Assembly (NCBI GenBank): GCA_030688545.1
Contig: JAUYHT010000006.1
Coordinates: 1-32,000 of the forward strand
Source: Candidatus Iainarchaeum sp.
GTDB lineage: Archaea; Iainarchaeota; Iainarchaeia; Iainarchaeales; VGJJ01
Length of the DNA: 32,000 nt
Direction: 5' to 3'
In this document: piece by piece, positions 22,732 through 30,880 of the stretch
Numbering within the stretch: position 1 is the stretch's first letter
Layout of the letters: each line of letters begins with the position of its first letter
Notes under the pieces: model-generated
Seen by the model: the letters and a program-made list of their open reading frames with translations, nothing else
Databases searched by the model: none
Told to the model about the DNA's origin: nothing
Translations under genes and position numbers: made by a program

Positions 22732-23625
22732 TTATTCTTCAGCGCCCGCCGTATGCGTGACAAACCCGATCCATCCCCGCGCGCGGAAGGGTTCGATGAC
22801 CTGATGGGCGAGTTTCCGGGTTTCGCACACGATGGCCACCGTGGGCCCCGCCCCGGCAAGCACACATTGTAGGACACCCGGCATTTTCCTCATTTCTTCA
22901 ATCAGGGAGAAAACCGGTGCATACTCGGGCAACTCCAGGGTCTCGAAGACGTTGCCCATGCCGTGAGCGATGTCGGCCGGATCCCCGGTTTCGAGCGCCG
23001 CGATCAATTCCAAGGCCGAGGGATGAAAACCCACTTTATCAACATCGAAGGCCCCGTAGATCCATTTCGTTTTGGCGGGGGGCACGGGCACGGGAGGCAC
23101 CAGGAAGGCGATTTCCAGGCGCGGGCAGGAAGGGAGGAGGGTGATGATTTCCCCTCTACCGGTGGCGCGGCAGGTTTTTCCATAAAAAAAGAAGGGGACA
23201 TCCGAGCCTATTTTTCCTCCCAAAACGGATAGCGCGTCCCGCGACAACCCCAATCCCCATGCGTCGTTCAAGCCCGTGAGCACGGCGGCCGCATTGCTGC
23301 TGCCTCCCCCTAATCCTCCGGTCGCGGGAATTTTTTTGGCGAGATGGATCCGCACCCCCTCCATTGGTTTTCCTTTTTTCTCACATTCAACTTGGAGGAG
23401 ACGCGCGGCTGTGTGGCAGACATTCCTCTCATCCGTGGGAACCGTGGGATCGGTGCACGTAATGGTAATGCGGGGATCATCGGGAATGGTTTCAAGTGTT
23501 ACGTCATCATGCCAATCCAGTTCCTGCATCACCAAATCAACCTCATGATAGCCATCATCCCGTTTCCGGAGGATATCCAATACGAGATTGAGCTTGGCGG
23601 GAGAACGAAGAATAAGAGGGGGCAT
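22732..23625 (-). CDS. ispE: 4-diphosphocytidyl-2-C-methyl-D-erythritol kinase
   Basis: N-terminal APAKLNL-type SPAKLNLVLDIL, GHMP kinase loop KKIPATGGLGGGSSNAAAVL, typical length of 297 aa. Confidence 0.9.
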   Translation of the reverse strand: MPPLILRSPAKLNLVLDILRKRDDGYHEVDLVMQELDWHDDVTLETIPDDPRITITCTDPTVPTDERNVCHTAARLLQVECEKKGKPMEGVRIHLAKKIPATGGLGGGSSNAAAVLTGLNDAWGLGLSRDALSVLGGKIGSDVPFFFYGKTCRATGRGEIITLLPSCPRLEIAFLVPPVPVPPAKTKWIYGAFDVDKVGFHPSALELIAALETGDPADIAHGMGNVFETLELPEYAPVFSLIEEMRKMPGVLQCVLAGAGPTVAIVCETRKLAHQVIEPFRARGWIGFVTHTAGAEE

Positions 23626-23638
23626 ACTACCGCCCGTA

Positions 23639-24652
23639 TCAGTGCACCACGTATTCGGGTCGGATGATTTCGCTTTCCGTGTGGTTGGTTTCTTTATCTA
23701 AATCGGCGATCCAGGAGACCACGTCCTCGATGTCCTCATCCGGGGTGCTCGCCCCTGCCCCGATGCCCACATGGGGAACATTCTCGAACCACTCGGGTTT
23801 CAATTCTTCCGCGGATTCAATCCATTGGGTTTTGGTTTGCTGGCCGCAGAGTTCGGCTTGGCGCTTGGTGTTCCCCGAATTCCTTCCTCCAATAATAATC
23901 ATGAGGGGCACGCGCATCGCTAAATCCACCGCCCCAGGCTGCATCTCGTGCATGGCGTTGCAGATGGTATTGTATACGCGCACTTCCCGGGCTTTGCCCA
24001 TCAGCTCTTGCGTGATGAGGTGCACATTGTCATTGCTCTGCGTGGTTTGGGACACAATCCCTATTTTTGTTAACACGGGATAATGCAATTTCTCCACTAT
24101 TTCTGAATCCGTTTTAGCTTTCATGAGTTCATCATTAGTATAATATTGGGTTTTCTTGGGAAACAGTTTTCGTGCCTCCTCCGGATTGGCCACTACAATA
24201 GCGTTGGGGGCATAGCTCTTAATCCCTTCTACTTCCGGGTGGCCATGTTCCCCCACGATGATGACCTGATAATGTTCATCGTTCAATACTTTGGCTGTTT
24301 TGTGGACCATGGTGACGAAGGGGCAGGTGGTGTCCACAACATTAAAACCTTTTTCTTTGGCCTTCTCTAAAGATTGCATCCGCACCCCATGCGCGCGCAT
24401 CAATACGGTGGATCCATCCGGGATCTCTTCCATGGTATTCAAGTGAGCAAATCGAGATATCTTGGAGGCCGCATAAGGATTATCTTCCACCAGCTTCCCC
24501 CCCGCGTCCATAATTTTTTGGACCACCCTTTGATTGTGGACGGGCATCCCATAGAGGTAGGCTTCTCCTTTTCCCAAGGTTTCCATGGACAGCTTGACAC
24601 TGCGTTTGACACCAAAACAGAACCCGGCGGCGCGGGCGATCTCGATTTTCAT
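23639..24652 (-). CDS. ispH: 4-hydroxy-3-methylbut-2-enyl diphosphate reductase
   Basis: From M38 (TAGGAGGAA 8 nt upstream). The three cluster cysteines lie in AAGFCFGV, DTTCPFV and YNTICNA. Stop is 13 nt before the ispE start. Confidence 0.9.
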   Translation of the reverse strand: MKIEIARAAGFCFGVKRSVKLSMETLGKGEAYLYGMPVHNQRVVQKIMDAGGKLVEDNPYAASKISRFAHLNTMEEIPDGSTVLMRAHGVRMQSLEKAKEKGFNVVDTTCPFVTMVHKTAKVLNDEHYQVIIVGEHGHPEVEGIKSYAPNAIVVANPEEARKLFPKKTQYYTNDELMKAKTDSEIVEKLHYPVLTKIGIVSQTTQSNDNVHLITQELMGKAREVRVYNTICNAMHEMQPGAVDLAMRVPLMIIIGGRNSGNTKRQAELCGQQTKTQWIESAEELKPEWFENVPHVGIGAGASTPDEDIEDVVSWIADLDKETNHTESEIIRPEYVVH

Positions 24653-24702
24653 GGGGATGGTTCCTCCTAAGGAATAGTGATACCTATTCCAATGGGAATA
24701 GG
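24653..24702 (-). promoter_or_regulatory. ispH 5' leader with mutually exclusive hairpins next to the SD
   Basis: mRNA sense: CCTATTCC-CATT-GGAATAGG-TATCA-CTATTCC-TTAGGAGGAA-CCATCCCC-ATG. The middle segment can pair with either flank. A TATA-like GTTTTTTATT lies at 24744-24735. Confidence 0.35.
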
Positions 24703-24881
24703 GCAGCCTGTTGAACCAGTAGGTGAAAAGACCCAATAAAAAACAATCGGAAAAAATGGACAATCGTCAAAATAAAGAACGGCGAATAGCGTAATCCTTA
24801 ATCGGTAGGTAATTGGGTGGACCAAATGAATAAACGGGGTCTTTCAACAGATTTATATGATGCGTGGAGATTCAAGATCGT

Positions 24882-25496
24882 ATGGAAAAAAAATGGATTA
24901 TTCCAGGAATACTCATACTAGTTGGAATATTAGCCGTGGCATGGGCGTTGTTCCCCATGGAACAAGCCAACCCTGATCCTAATCATACGCATGCCGATTT
25001 TGCAGTATATATACATAATGAGCGCGTGGACTTTTCCCAACCCCAATACATGTCCACTGAAACCCAGAAGCGCTCCCCTTACACCCATTTGCATGATGGG
25101 GATGGGGAGGTCATGCATATCCACGCCCTCGGGGTAACACTCGGATTGTTCTTCCATACCCTTGACATGCGCCTCACCACGGATTGTTTTACCTTGGATA
25201 CGGGAGCTTCTTACTGCACGGACGAAACCAATTCCCTGCGTGTTTACGTGAACGGCCAACCCATAGCAGATGGTATGGCTTACCAGCCCCAGGATTTGGA
25301 CCAAATACTCATTACATTCGGCGATGAATCCCCGGATGAAATACAAGTCCAATTGGATTCCCTCACCGACAAAGCCTGCATCCCCTCCAAGGTATGCCCC
25401 TGGCGCGGCACCCCTGAAGATGAATCCTCCTGTTCCTCGGACGAAGGATGTCTTATCGTTCCTCCGTCCGCTTATCCTGATTATTCCACGGAATAA
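24882..25496 (+). CDS. membrane-anchored His-rich extracytoplasmic protein (unknown function)
   Basis: tttatata lies 23-30 nt upstream of ATG 24882. TM segment KKWIIPGILILVGILAVAWALF. HTHADFAVYIHNERVDF and YTHLHDGDGEVMHIHA histidine clusters. Confidence 0.6.
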   Translation: MEKKWIIPGILILVGILAVAWALFPMEQANPDPNHTHADFAVYIHNERVDFSQPQYMSTETQKRSPYTHLHDGDGEVMHIHALGVTLGLFFHTLDMRLTTDCFTLDTGASYCTDETNSLRVYVNGQPIADGMAYQPQDLDQILITFGDESPDEIQVQLDSLTDKACIPSKVCPWRGTPEDESSCSSDEGCLIVPPSAYPDYSTE

Positions 25497-25648
25497 AAAA
25501 TAGTTTTGGTATGCGGTTTAATATATAGCCCAAATACTACACTCCCTTACGGCCGCGCGGGATAAAAATCGTGATACAACGAAGATTGGAATACGTGTCC
25601 TAAAAATTTAAGATAGGCCTTTATAGGGATGCAATCCCTCCTTTGCCG

Positions 25649-26839
25649 ATGGAGACCAGGAACATCTCATTATTGGGCAGCACCGGAAGCATTGGCACGC
25701 AGACATTGGATATCGTAGATAGGAATCCGGGCCGATATACTATCAAGACGCTTTCCGCGCATTCCAATATCGAATTATTGAAAAAACAAATTGAAAAATT
25801 CCACCCGGAAGCCGTGGGGGTGGTGGATGAGGAAAAAGCGGAAGCCCTCAAAAAGGAAGTGGGAAACCAAACTCATGTTTATTCAGGCTATGCGGGATTG
25901 GATGAATTGGCCCGCTGGGAGAGCGCGGATACATTGGTCACCGCGGTCGTGGGAAACATCGGTTTGAAACCCACGCTGGAAGGCATTTATGCCGGGAAGA
26001 AAATTGCTTTGGCGAACAAGGAAACATTAGTGAGTGGGGGCGCCGTGGTGATGCGGGCCGTAAAAAAAGCAGGGGTGGAATTGGTGCCTATTGATTCAGA
26101 GCATTCGGCGATATTCCAATGCTTGAAAGGTGAAACCACTAAAGAAGTGGAGAAGATCATCCTCACCTGCTCCGGAGGCCCTTTCAGAGGAAAAAGTTGG
26201 GGGGATTTGGAGGGCGTCACCAAAGCCCAAGCCCTAAACCATCCCACTTGGAAGATGGGGGGAAAAATTACTATTGATTCAGCTACGCTCATGAATAAGG
26301 GATTTGAGGTGAACGAGGCCATGTGGTTGTATGATGTGCCTGCCGATAAAATTGAGGTGGTGGTGCACCCTCAATCCATCATCCATTCCATGGTGGAATT
26401 CGTGGACCGGAGTATAATAGCACAAATAGGAAGCCATGACATGCGGATCCCCATCCAGTACGCCCTGACCCATCCGCAACGCCTTCCCCTCGATTTGCCC
26501 CGGTTTGATTTCGTGGCAGCCAAGGAATTCACGTTTGAAAACCCGGATACAACGACCTTCCAATGCCTCCAGATGGGAATGGAGGCCGCCGCGCAGAAGG
26601 GAACGGTGTGTTGCGTGCTGAATGCCGCCAATGATACGAGTGTTGACGCGTTTTTGAATGATCGGATTGAGTTCCTGGATATCCCCCGCACCATCCGGAA
26701 AGTAATGGATAAACATGCCAACATTTCCCAACCCTCATTGGAGGATGTGCTAGCCGCGGATGAATGGGCACGGAAGGAAACGGAGAAGCACTTAGACGGG
26801 TTGCAGGAACAACGAAACGCGACCGCCCAATCGACGTGA
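25649..26839 (+). CDS. dxr: 1-deoxy-D-xylulose 5-phosphate reductoisomerase
   Basis: LLGSTGSIGTQTLDIV NADPH loop, LANKETLV, DSEHSAIFQC, LNHPTWKMGGKITIDSATLMNKGFEVNEA. ctttatagg lies 22-30 nt upstream of ATG 25649 (ORF track starts at TTG 25643). Confidence 0.92.
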   Translation: METRNISLLGSTGSIGTQTLDIVDRNPGRYTIKTLSAHSNIELLKKQIEKFHPEAVGVVDEEKAEALKKEVGNQTHVYSGYAGLDELARWESADTLVTAVVGNIGLKPTLEGIYAGKKIALANKETLVSGGAVVMRAVKKAGVELVPIDSEHSAIFQCLKGETTKEVEKIILTCSGGPFRGKSWGDLEGVTKAQALNHPTWKMGGKITIDSATLMNKGFEVNEAMWLYDVPADKIEVVVHPQSIIHSMVEFVDRSIIAQIGSHDMRIPIQYALTHPQRLPLDLPRFDFVAAKEFTFENPDTTTFQCLQMGMEAAAQKGTVCCVLNAANDTSVDAFLNDRIEFLDIPRTIRKVMDKHANISQPSLEDVLAADEWARKETEKHLDGLQEQRNATAQST

Positions 26840-26843
26840 GATC

Positions 26844-27119
26844 ATGCCCCGGAACAAAAACGCGGGAAACCGTGCCGATCCCAAAAAAGGGGGTTCAATT
26901 CCACGACTCATCAAGGGAGGACACCCTTCTTCTAAACTCTCGACGGGAAAAGGTCTTCTTTTGGGCGGGCATTGGTACCCGGGTCTGGTTGAGGTCCGGA
27001 TGCCTTCCGGGAAAATAAGATATATCTCCCGCGGCGCGTATGAGAGGTATGTGAAAAAAAGCCGTGCCCGGAATAAAACAGTGGGGGAAATGGTCGCGGA
27101 AGCCCTGGGGGATGCATAA
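26844..27119 (+). CDS. hypothetical basic 91-aa protein, possible ribbon-helix-helix C-terminus
   Basis: Starts 5 nt after the dxr stop. Its TAA overlaps the ispD ATG (ATAATG). C-terminal KIRYISRGAYERYVKKSRARNKTVGEMVAEAL has a strand-helix-turn-helix pattern. Several overlapping alternative ORFs exist on both strands. Confidence 0.5.
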   Translation: MPRNKNAGNRADPKKGGSIPRLIKGGHPSSKLSTGKGLLLGGHWYPGLVEVRMPSGKIRYISRGAYERYVKKSRARNKTVGEMVAEALGDA

Positions 27120-27853
27120 TGGCCGTGCATGCAATCATATGTGGTGGGGGCTCGGGCACCCGCATGGGGGGAACCACCAACAAATCCTTCATCCTATTGG
27201 AGGGAAAACCGGTCATTGCGTATTCTCTGGAGCTGTTCCAGAATCACCCCCAAATAACCACCATTACATTGGCCATGCATCCAGAATGGGTGCAGGAAAC
27301 CATGCGCTGGATCAACCGGTTGGGCATCACCAAGATGAAACGCCTCGTGGAAGGAGGAAAAGAACGCCAGGACTCGGTGCGTCGGGCGTTGGAGGCGGTG
27401 GGAAACGCCCATCCGTCCTCGGAAGATATCATTCTGGTTCACAATGCCGCCAACCCTCTGGTGGAAGAAGCTACGATTACAGAATGCATCCGGGCCGCCC
27501 ATTTGCATTCGGCGAGCGTGGCGGGGTACAAGGTGAAGGATACCATTCGAAAGGTGGGGGAGGATGGGAAATCGATTAGTACTGTGGATCGAAGCGGGTT
27601 ATGGGGGATGCAGACCCCCCAATGCATCCGGTATGGGGTGTTTGTTCAAGCCCATAAGCGGGCCGCGGAAGAGGGGTTTTTAGGCACGGACGATGTGCAA
27701 TTGGTGGAACGGTTGGGGATATTTCCAGCCGTCGTGGATGGCGGATATGAGAACATCAAAATTACCACGCCCGAAGATATCCTCTTCGCCCAGCAAGTTA
27801 TCCAAAGGCGGAAGGCCAAAAGGGAAGCGGCGTCAGAAAAAGACATTAATTAA
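27119..27853 (+). CDS. ispD: 2-C-methyl-D-erythritol 4-phosphate cytidylyltransferase
   Basis: AIICGGGSGTRMGG P-loop-like motif, VLVHNAANPL-type ILVHNAANPLV, ITTPEDI near the C-terminus. Confidence 0.9.
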   Translation: MAVHAIICGGGSGTRMGGTTNKSFILLEGKPVIAYSLELFQNHPQITTITLAMHPEWVQETMRWINRLGITKMKRLVEGGKERQDSVRRALEAVGNAHPSSEDIILVHNAANPLVEEATITECIRAAHLHSASVAGYKVKDTIRKVGEDGKSISTVDRSGLWGMQTPQCIRYGVFVQAHKRAAEEGFLGTDDVQLVERLGIFPAVVDGGYENIKITTPEDILFAQQVIQRRKAKREAASEKDIN

Positions 27854-28397
27854 TAGTGCAACCAATTCGGGGGATGAAACTATTGAATATGTTGATTGGC
27901 TCGATCCCACTGGCAAGCCATTTGCTCAAGTAACCAAAAAATTCGCCCATGATCATGGATTGTTCCACGCGGCCGCGCACATATTTGTTATAGACCAAAA
28001 AGGAAATCTCATCCTCCAGAAGCGCCATAAAAACATGCTCCTTGTGCCGGGAAAATGGGATGCTTCCGCGGGGGGGCACATCAGCGCGGGAGAAACGTCC
28101 CAAGCGGCCGCGGCACGCGAGACCAAAGAGGAGATAGGGGCGACCGGGGTATTGCATTATCTGGGTAAGATTGAAATCCATGATACAACGGAAAAATATG
28201 ATAATCGGGAACGATTATTCTATTACGCCATGAAAACCAAAAATACCATTCGATATCAAAGAAGCGAGGTTGAGAAAATCGCGCGCCTCCCTTTAGATAA
28301 AGTGGATGCCTTCCTGAAAACCCACTCCCACACCCCCTGGATGGGTAAAGCCTGGGAGAAATTTAGATTTCGCATAATTAAATTAGGAGGAAACTAA
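27747..28397 (+). CDS. Nudix hydrolase, type-1 IDI (COG1443)-like; start codon uncertain
   Basis: Nudix box GGHISAGETSQAAAARETKEEIGA. The N-terminal part aligns by eye with IDI (GLFHAAAHIFVIDQKGNLILQKRHKNMLLVPGKWDAS), but the position of the IDI catalytic Cys reads SAGGH. There is no in-frame ATG/GTG/TTG between the ispD stop (27853) and the start of the domain. The nearest upstream ATG is 27747, which overlaps ispD by 107 nt. Confidence 0.7.
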   Translation: MRTSKLPRPKISSSPSKLSKGGRPKGKRRQKKTLINSATNSGDETIEYVDWLDPTGKPFAQVTKKFAHDHGLFHAAAHIFVIDQKGNLILQKRHKNMLLVPGKWDASAGGHISAGETSQAAAARETKEEIGATGVLHYLGKIEIHDTTEKYDNRERLFYYAMKTKNTIRYQRSEVEKIARLPLDKVDAFLKTHSHTPWMGKAWEKFRFRIIKLGGN

Positions 28398-28401
28398 ACG
28401 C

Positions 28402-28893
28402 ATGTTCCGCATTGGATTGGGGGTGGATTCCCACGCGTTCGAAAATCCCCGTACTGAAAAGAAATTGATAATGGGAGGGGTTGAGGTTCCCCATCATGTG
28501 GGCATGCGTTCCCATTCGGATGGGGATGTGGTGTTGCATGCGCTTTTCAATGCCTTATCCTCCGCCCTCGGGGAAAAATCCATCGGACAATTCTTCCCCG
28601 ATTCGGATACGGCAAACAAGGGCAAGGATTCCCGCCAATTCGTTTCATTCATCATGGAACGGGCGCGTGATAAAGGATATGGAGTGGAAAACGTGGTGGT
28701 TTCCTTGGAATGCCAAACCCCTAAAATAGCTCCGATTGAAATGGATATCCGAAAAAATGTCTCCCAACTCCTGAATATTCCTTTGGATGCGATCGCCATC
28801 CATGCCACCTCGGGAGAAGGATTAACCCCTTTCGGCCAGGGAAAGGGGATTTATTGCCAGTGCGTGGTGCTATTGCACCAAACCCATAAATAA
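28402..28893 (+). CDS. ispF: 2-C-methyl-D-erythritol 2,4-cyclodiphosphate synthase
   Basis: GLGVDSHAFE and HSDGDVVLHAL zinc/metal motifs. 163 aa. TAGGAGGAA lies 12 nt upstream. Confidence 0.92.
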   Translation: MFRIGLGVDSHAFENPRTEKKLIMGGVEVPHHVGMRSHSDGDVVLHALFNALSSALGEKSIGQFFPDSDTANKGKDSRQFVSFIMERARDKGYGVENVVVSLECQTPKIAPIEMDIRKNVSQLLNIPLDAIAIHATSGEGLTPFGQGKGIYCQCVVLLHQTHK

Positions 28894-28915
28894 GACCCCG
28901 CTCCTCTTTCTTGAC

Positions 28916-29758
28916 GTGCCACACGATAAAAAACTGTTTGAATTACTCAAAAGATTGGCCCCCCGATTAGGGAAGATGGCTTTGCCATATTATGGTAAAA
29001 TAGAATCAACCACTAAATCCATCAGAGTCCACGATCGTGTGCATGAGTCCCCGGTCACGGCCATCGATCATTGCCTGCAGGAATTGGTGTTGGCGGAACT
29101 GGTCATGCATGGATACACGGACGTCGCCTTTAATGGGGAAGAAGACACGCATCTCCAATTCTTCTTCCCCCATTCCTTTGAAAGAGAAAAGGGGATAACG
29201 GTACACTGCGACCCCATTGACGGTACCCTTTCGTATGTGAGAGGGGATAATCGATTTGCAGTTGGCTTCGGCCTTTCCCGTTACGTGGAGGGAAAGCATC
29301 ATTTCTTTGGCACGGTTATCTATTCCCCGCTCGAGGATGATCTATTTTGGGCATTTGAAAATGAAAAGAGTTCCCATACCAGGGAAAAAAACATCCCTCG
29401 TACGATTGCCGCCCGACGCCGATTCACTCAACCTATAAAGGATAAATTGCAGGACGCGGGGTACCGCTTGGTCAATCCCGGGAATGCCCACTTGGGTATT
29501 GTGGATGTCGCCCTTGGGCGGGTCGGAGCCGCATTCTATTCCGCTCACGTGCACGATGTCTTGATCCCCTTTGCGTTCGCCGCCAACCATGGGGTATTTC
29601 CCTTGGATGAAAAAGGGAAACGAATGGACCCATTTGAGTTACCCATCACTAATGGCCACTTTTCCCGGATTCCCATCATCAATTATTTTGCCTCCAAGGA
29701 AATTCAGGAGGAGCTGATGCCCATCCTTCAGAATCCTAATTATATCAAAAAGCAATAG
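28916..29758 (+). CDS. inositol monophosphatase / FBPase / CysQ-family phosphatase
   Basis: FNGEED and VHCDPIDGTLSYV metal-binding motifs of the IMPase superfamily. GTG start at 28916 (alternative ATG 28976). Confidence 0.8.
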   Translation: MPHDKKLFELLKRLAPRLGKMALPYYGKIESTTKSIRVHDRVHESPVTAIDHCLQELVLAELVMHGYTDVAFNGEEDTHLQFFFPHSFEREKGITVHCDPIDGTLSYVRGDNRFAVGFGLSRYVEGKHHFFGTVIYSPLEDDLFWAFENEKSSHTREKNIPRTIAARRRFTQPIKDKLQDAGYRLVNPGNAHLGIVDVALGRVGAAFYSAHVHDVLIPFAFAANHGVFPLDEKGKRMDPFELPITNGHFSRIPIINYFASKEIQEELMPILQNPNYIKKQ

Positions 29759-29821
29759 TGGATGACCCTCCCCCCCTTAACCTAAAAACCGCGTTTCCAG
29801 GCTGGATGTAATCGGGTGGTT

Positions 29822-29848
29822 ATCGACTTTTTGAAAAAAAAAATCGAT
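29822..29848. terminator. A/T-run hairpin between convergent genes
   Basis: ATCGA-C-TTTTT-G-AAAAAAAAAA-TCGAT. Confidence 0.35.
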
Positions 29849-29905
29849 TGATTGACGATTGGACAACAATAGTTCATTCAGTGGACGGGTTTTTTGAACA
29901 ACGAG

Positions 29906-30745
29906 TTACTTTTTAATTTTCCTGTTCACAGATGTCACCAATGCAGCCATAGCAGCCCCAACCATTAACCCAAACAATACAGATCCAAACCTAATCCTTG
30001 GAAGTTCCGATCTGATAATGTCTTTTATTCTCTCTAATCGTGCTTCAGGTAAGGAGGCGATACTTTGTTGAATTTGCTTCTTTTCTTGCGGAGAAAAAAC
30101 TTTTTCCAATTCCGATGGGGATAGGGATAAAAGGTATTGGTGGACATCCATTTTTCCTACGCGTTTGACGATTAAATCTAGAATGTCAGGATTTTTCATA
30201 GCTTCTTGTGCAATGGCTTCAGCTCGTCGGTCAACAATGGTTTGAATCGGTTTAAAATATACGCCCATAAATTTTCGAATGGATGTCAGCCGCCTCATTT
30301 GAAAAAGATCGAGGCTGAGCTTTTCGATTGTATGTTTATCCGGGTGAACATAATAAACCGTTCCAGGTTTTGCATGTGCATTTCTTCGTCCAACCTCAGC
30401 GAGAATGGCACTCCCTAAAGGGTTAGAAGATAAATCGGTTCGTCTTTCAATATCCCTTGTCGTTGTGTTATATGTTTTACCAGCCAAATCACTTATTTCT
30501 GAACCTGTCCCTAATCGATATAAGACTTTTTGAAACCCCACTCCTGAAGCAATCGGTATACTCGCCAATGCGGCAAACGTTACCGCTTTTTTGGTGGTTT
30601 GCCAGGCTTTACGAGCACGCTCTCTGGCTTTGGACGGAGGCCTAATTCGTATTATTCGCGGTTTATCAGGTGATCTTCGTCTTGAAAAAGGGAATGCCAT
30701 GGCGCCATAAATGATTGAAGATATATAAGTATTCCTCCTTTCCAC
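29906..30745 (-). CDS. hypothetical protein with N-proximal and C-terminal TM segments
   Basis: Lower-GC region. The in-frame ATG at 30700 (M16) has acttatatatct 20-29 nt upstream and may be the true start. TM segments AVTFAALASIPIASGVGF and VLFGLMVGAAMAALV. No recognised domain. Confidence 0.55.
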   Translation of the reverse strand: MERRNTYISSIIYGAMAFPFSRRRSPDKPRIIRIRPPSKARERARKAWQTTKKAVTFAALASIPIASGVGFQKVLYRLGTGSEISDLAGKTYNTTTRDIERRTDLSSNPLGSAILAEVGRRNAHAKPGTVYYVHPDKHTIEKLSLDLFQMRRLTSIRKFMGVYFKPIQTIVDRRAEAIAQEAMKNPDILDLIVKRVGKMDVHQYLLSLSPSELEKVFSPQEKKQIQQSIASLPEARLERIKDIIRSELPRIRFGSVLFGLMVGAAMAALVTSVNRKIKK

Positions 30746-30880
30746 CTACTTTCTGTACAAAACTAATTAATCGTCAATCCCCAATTTTTGTTGGTACGAT
30801 TAACGTAGGGGTTTATAACGTCCTTTTGGGAGGAGTTGGTCCTGCCTTTTGGGGCGGCGATCATGAGCAGGGGGAAAAAC

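Noticed and set aside
26792-27216. Minus-strand ORFs (112, 79 and 94 aa) overlapping orf91 and the ispD start
   Set aside because: They would run against a tightly packed plus-strand operon and overlap the conserved ispD N-terminus. The plus-strand 91-aa ORF fits the gap exactly. Coding status of that ORF itself remains only moderate.
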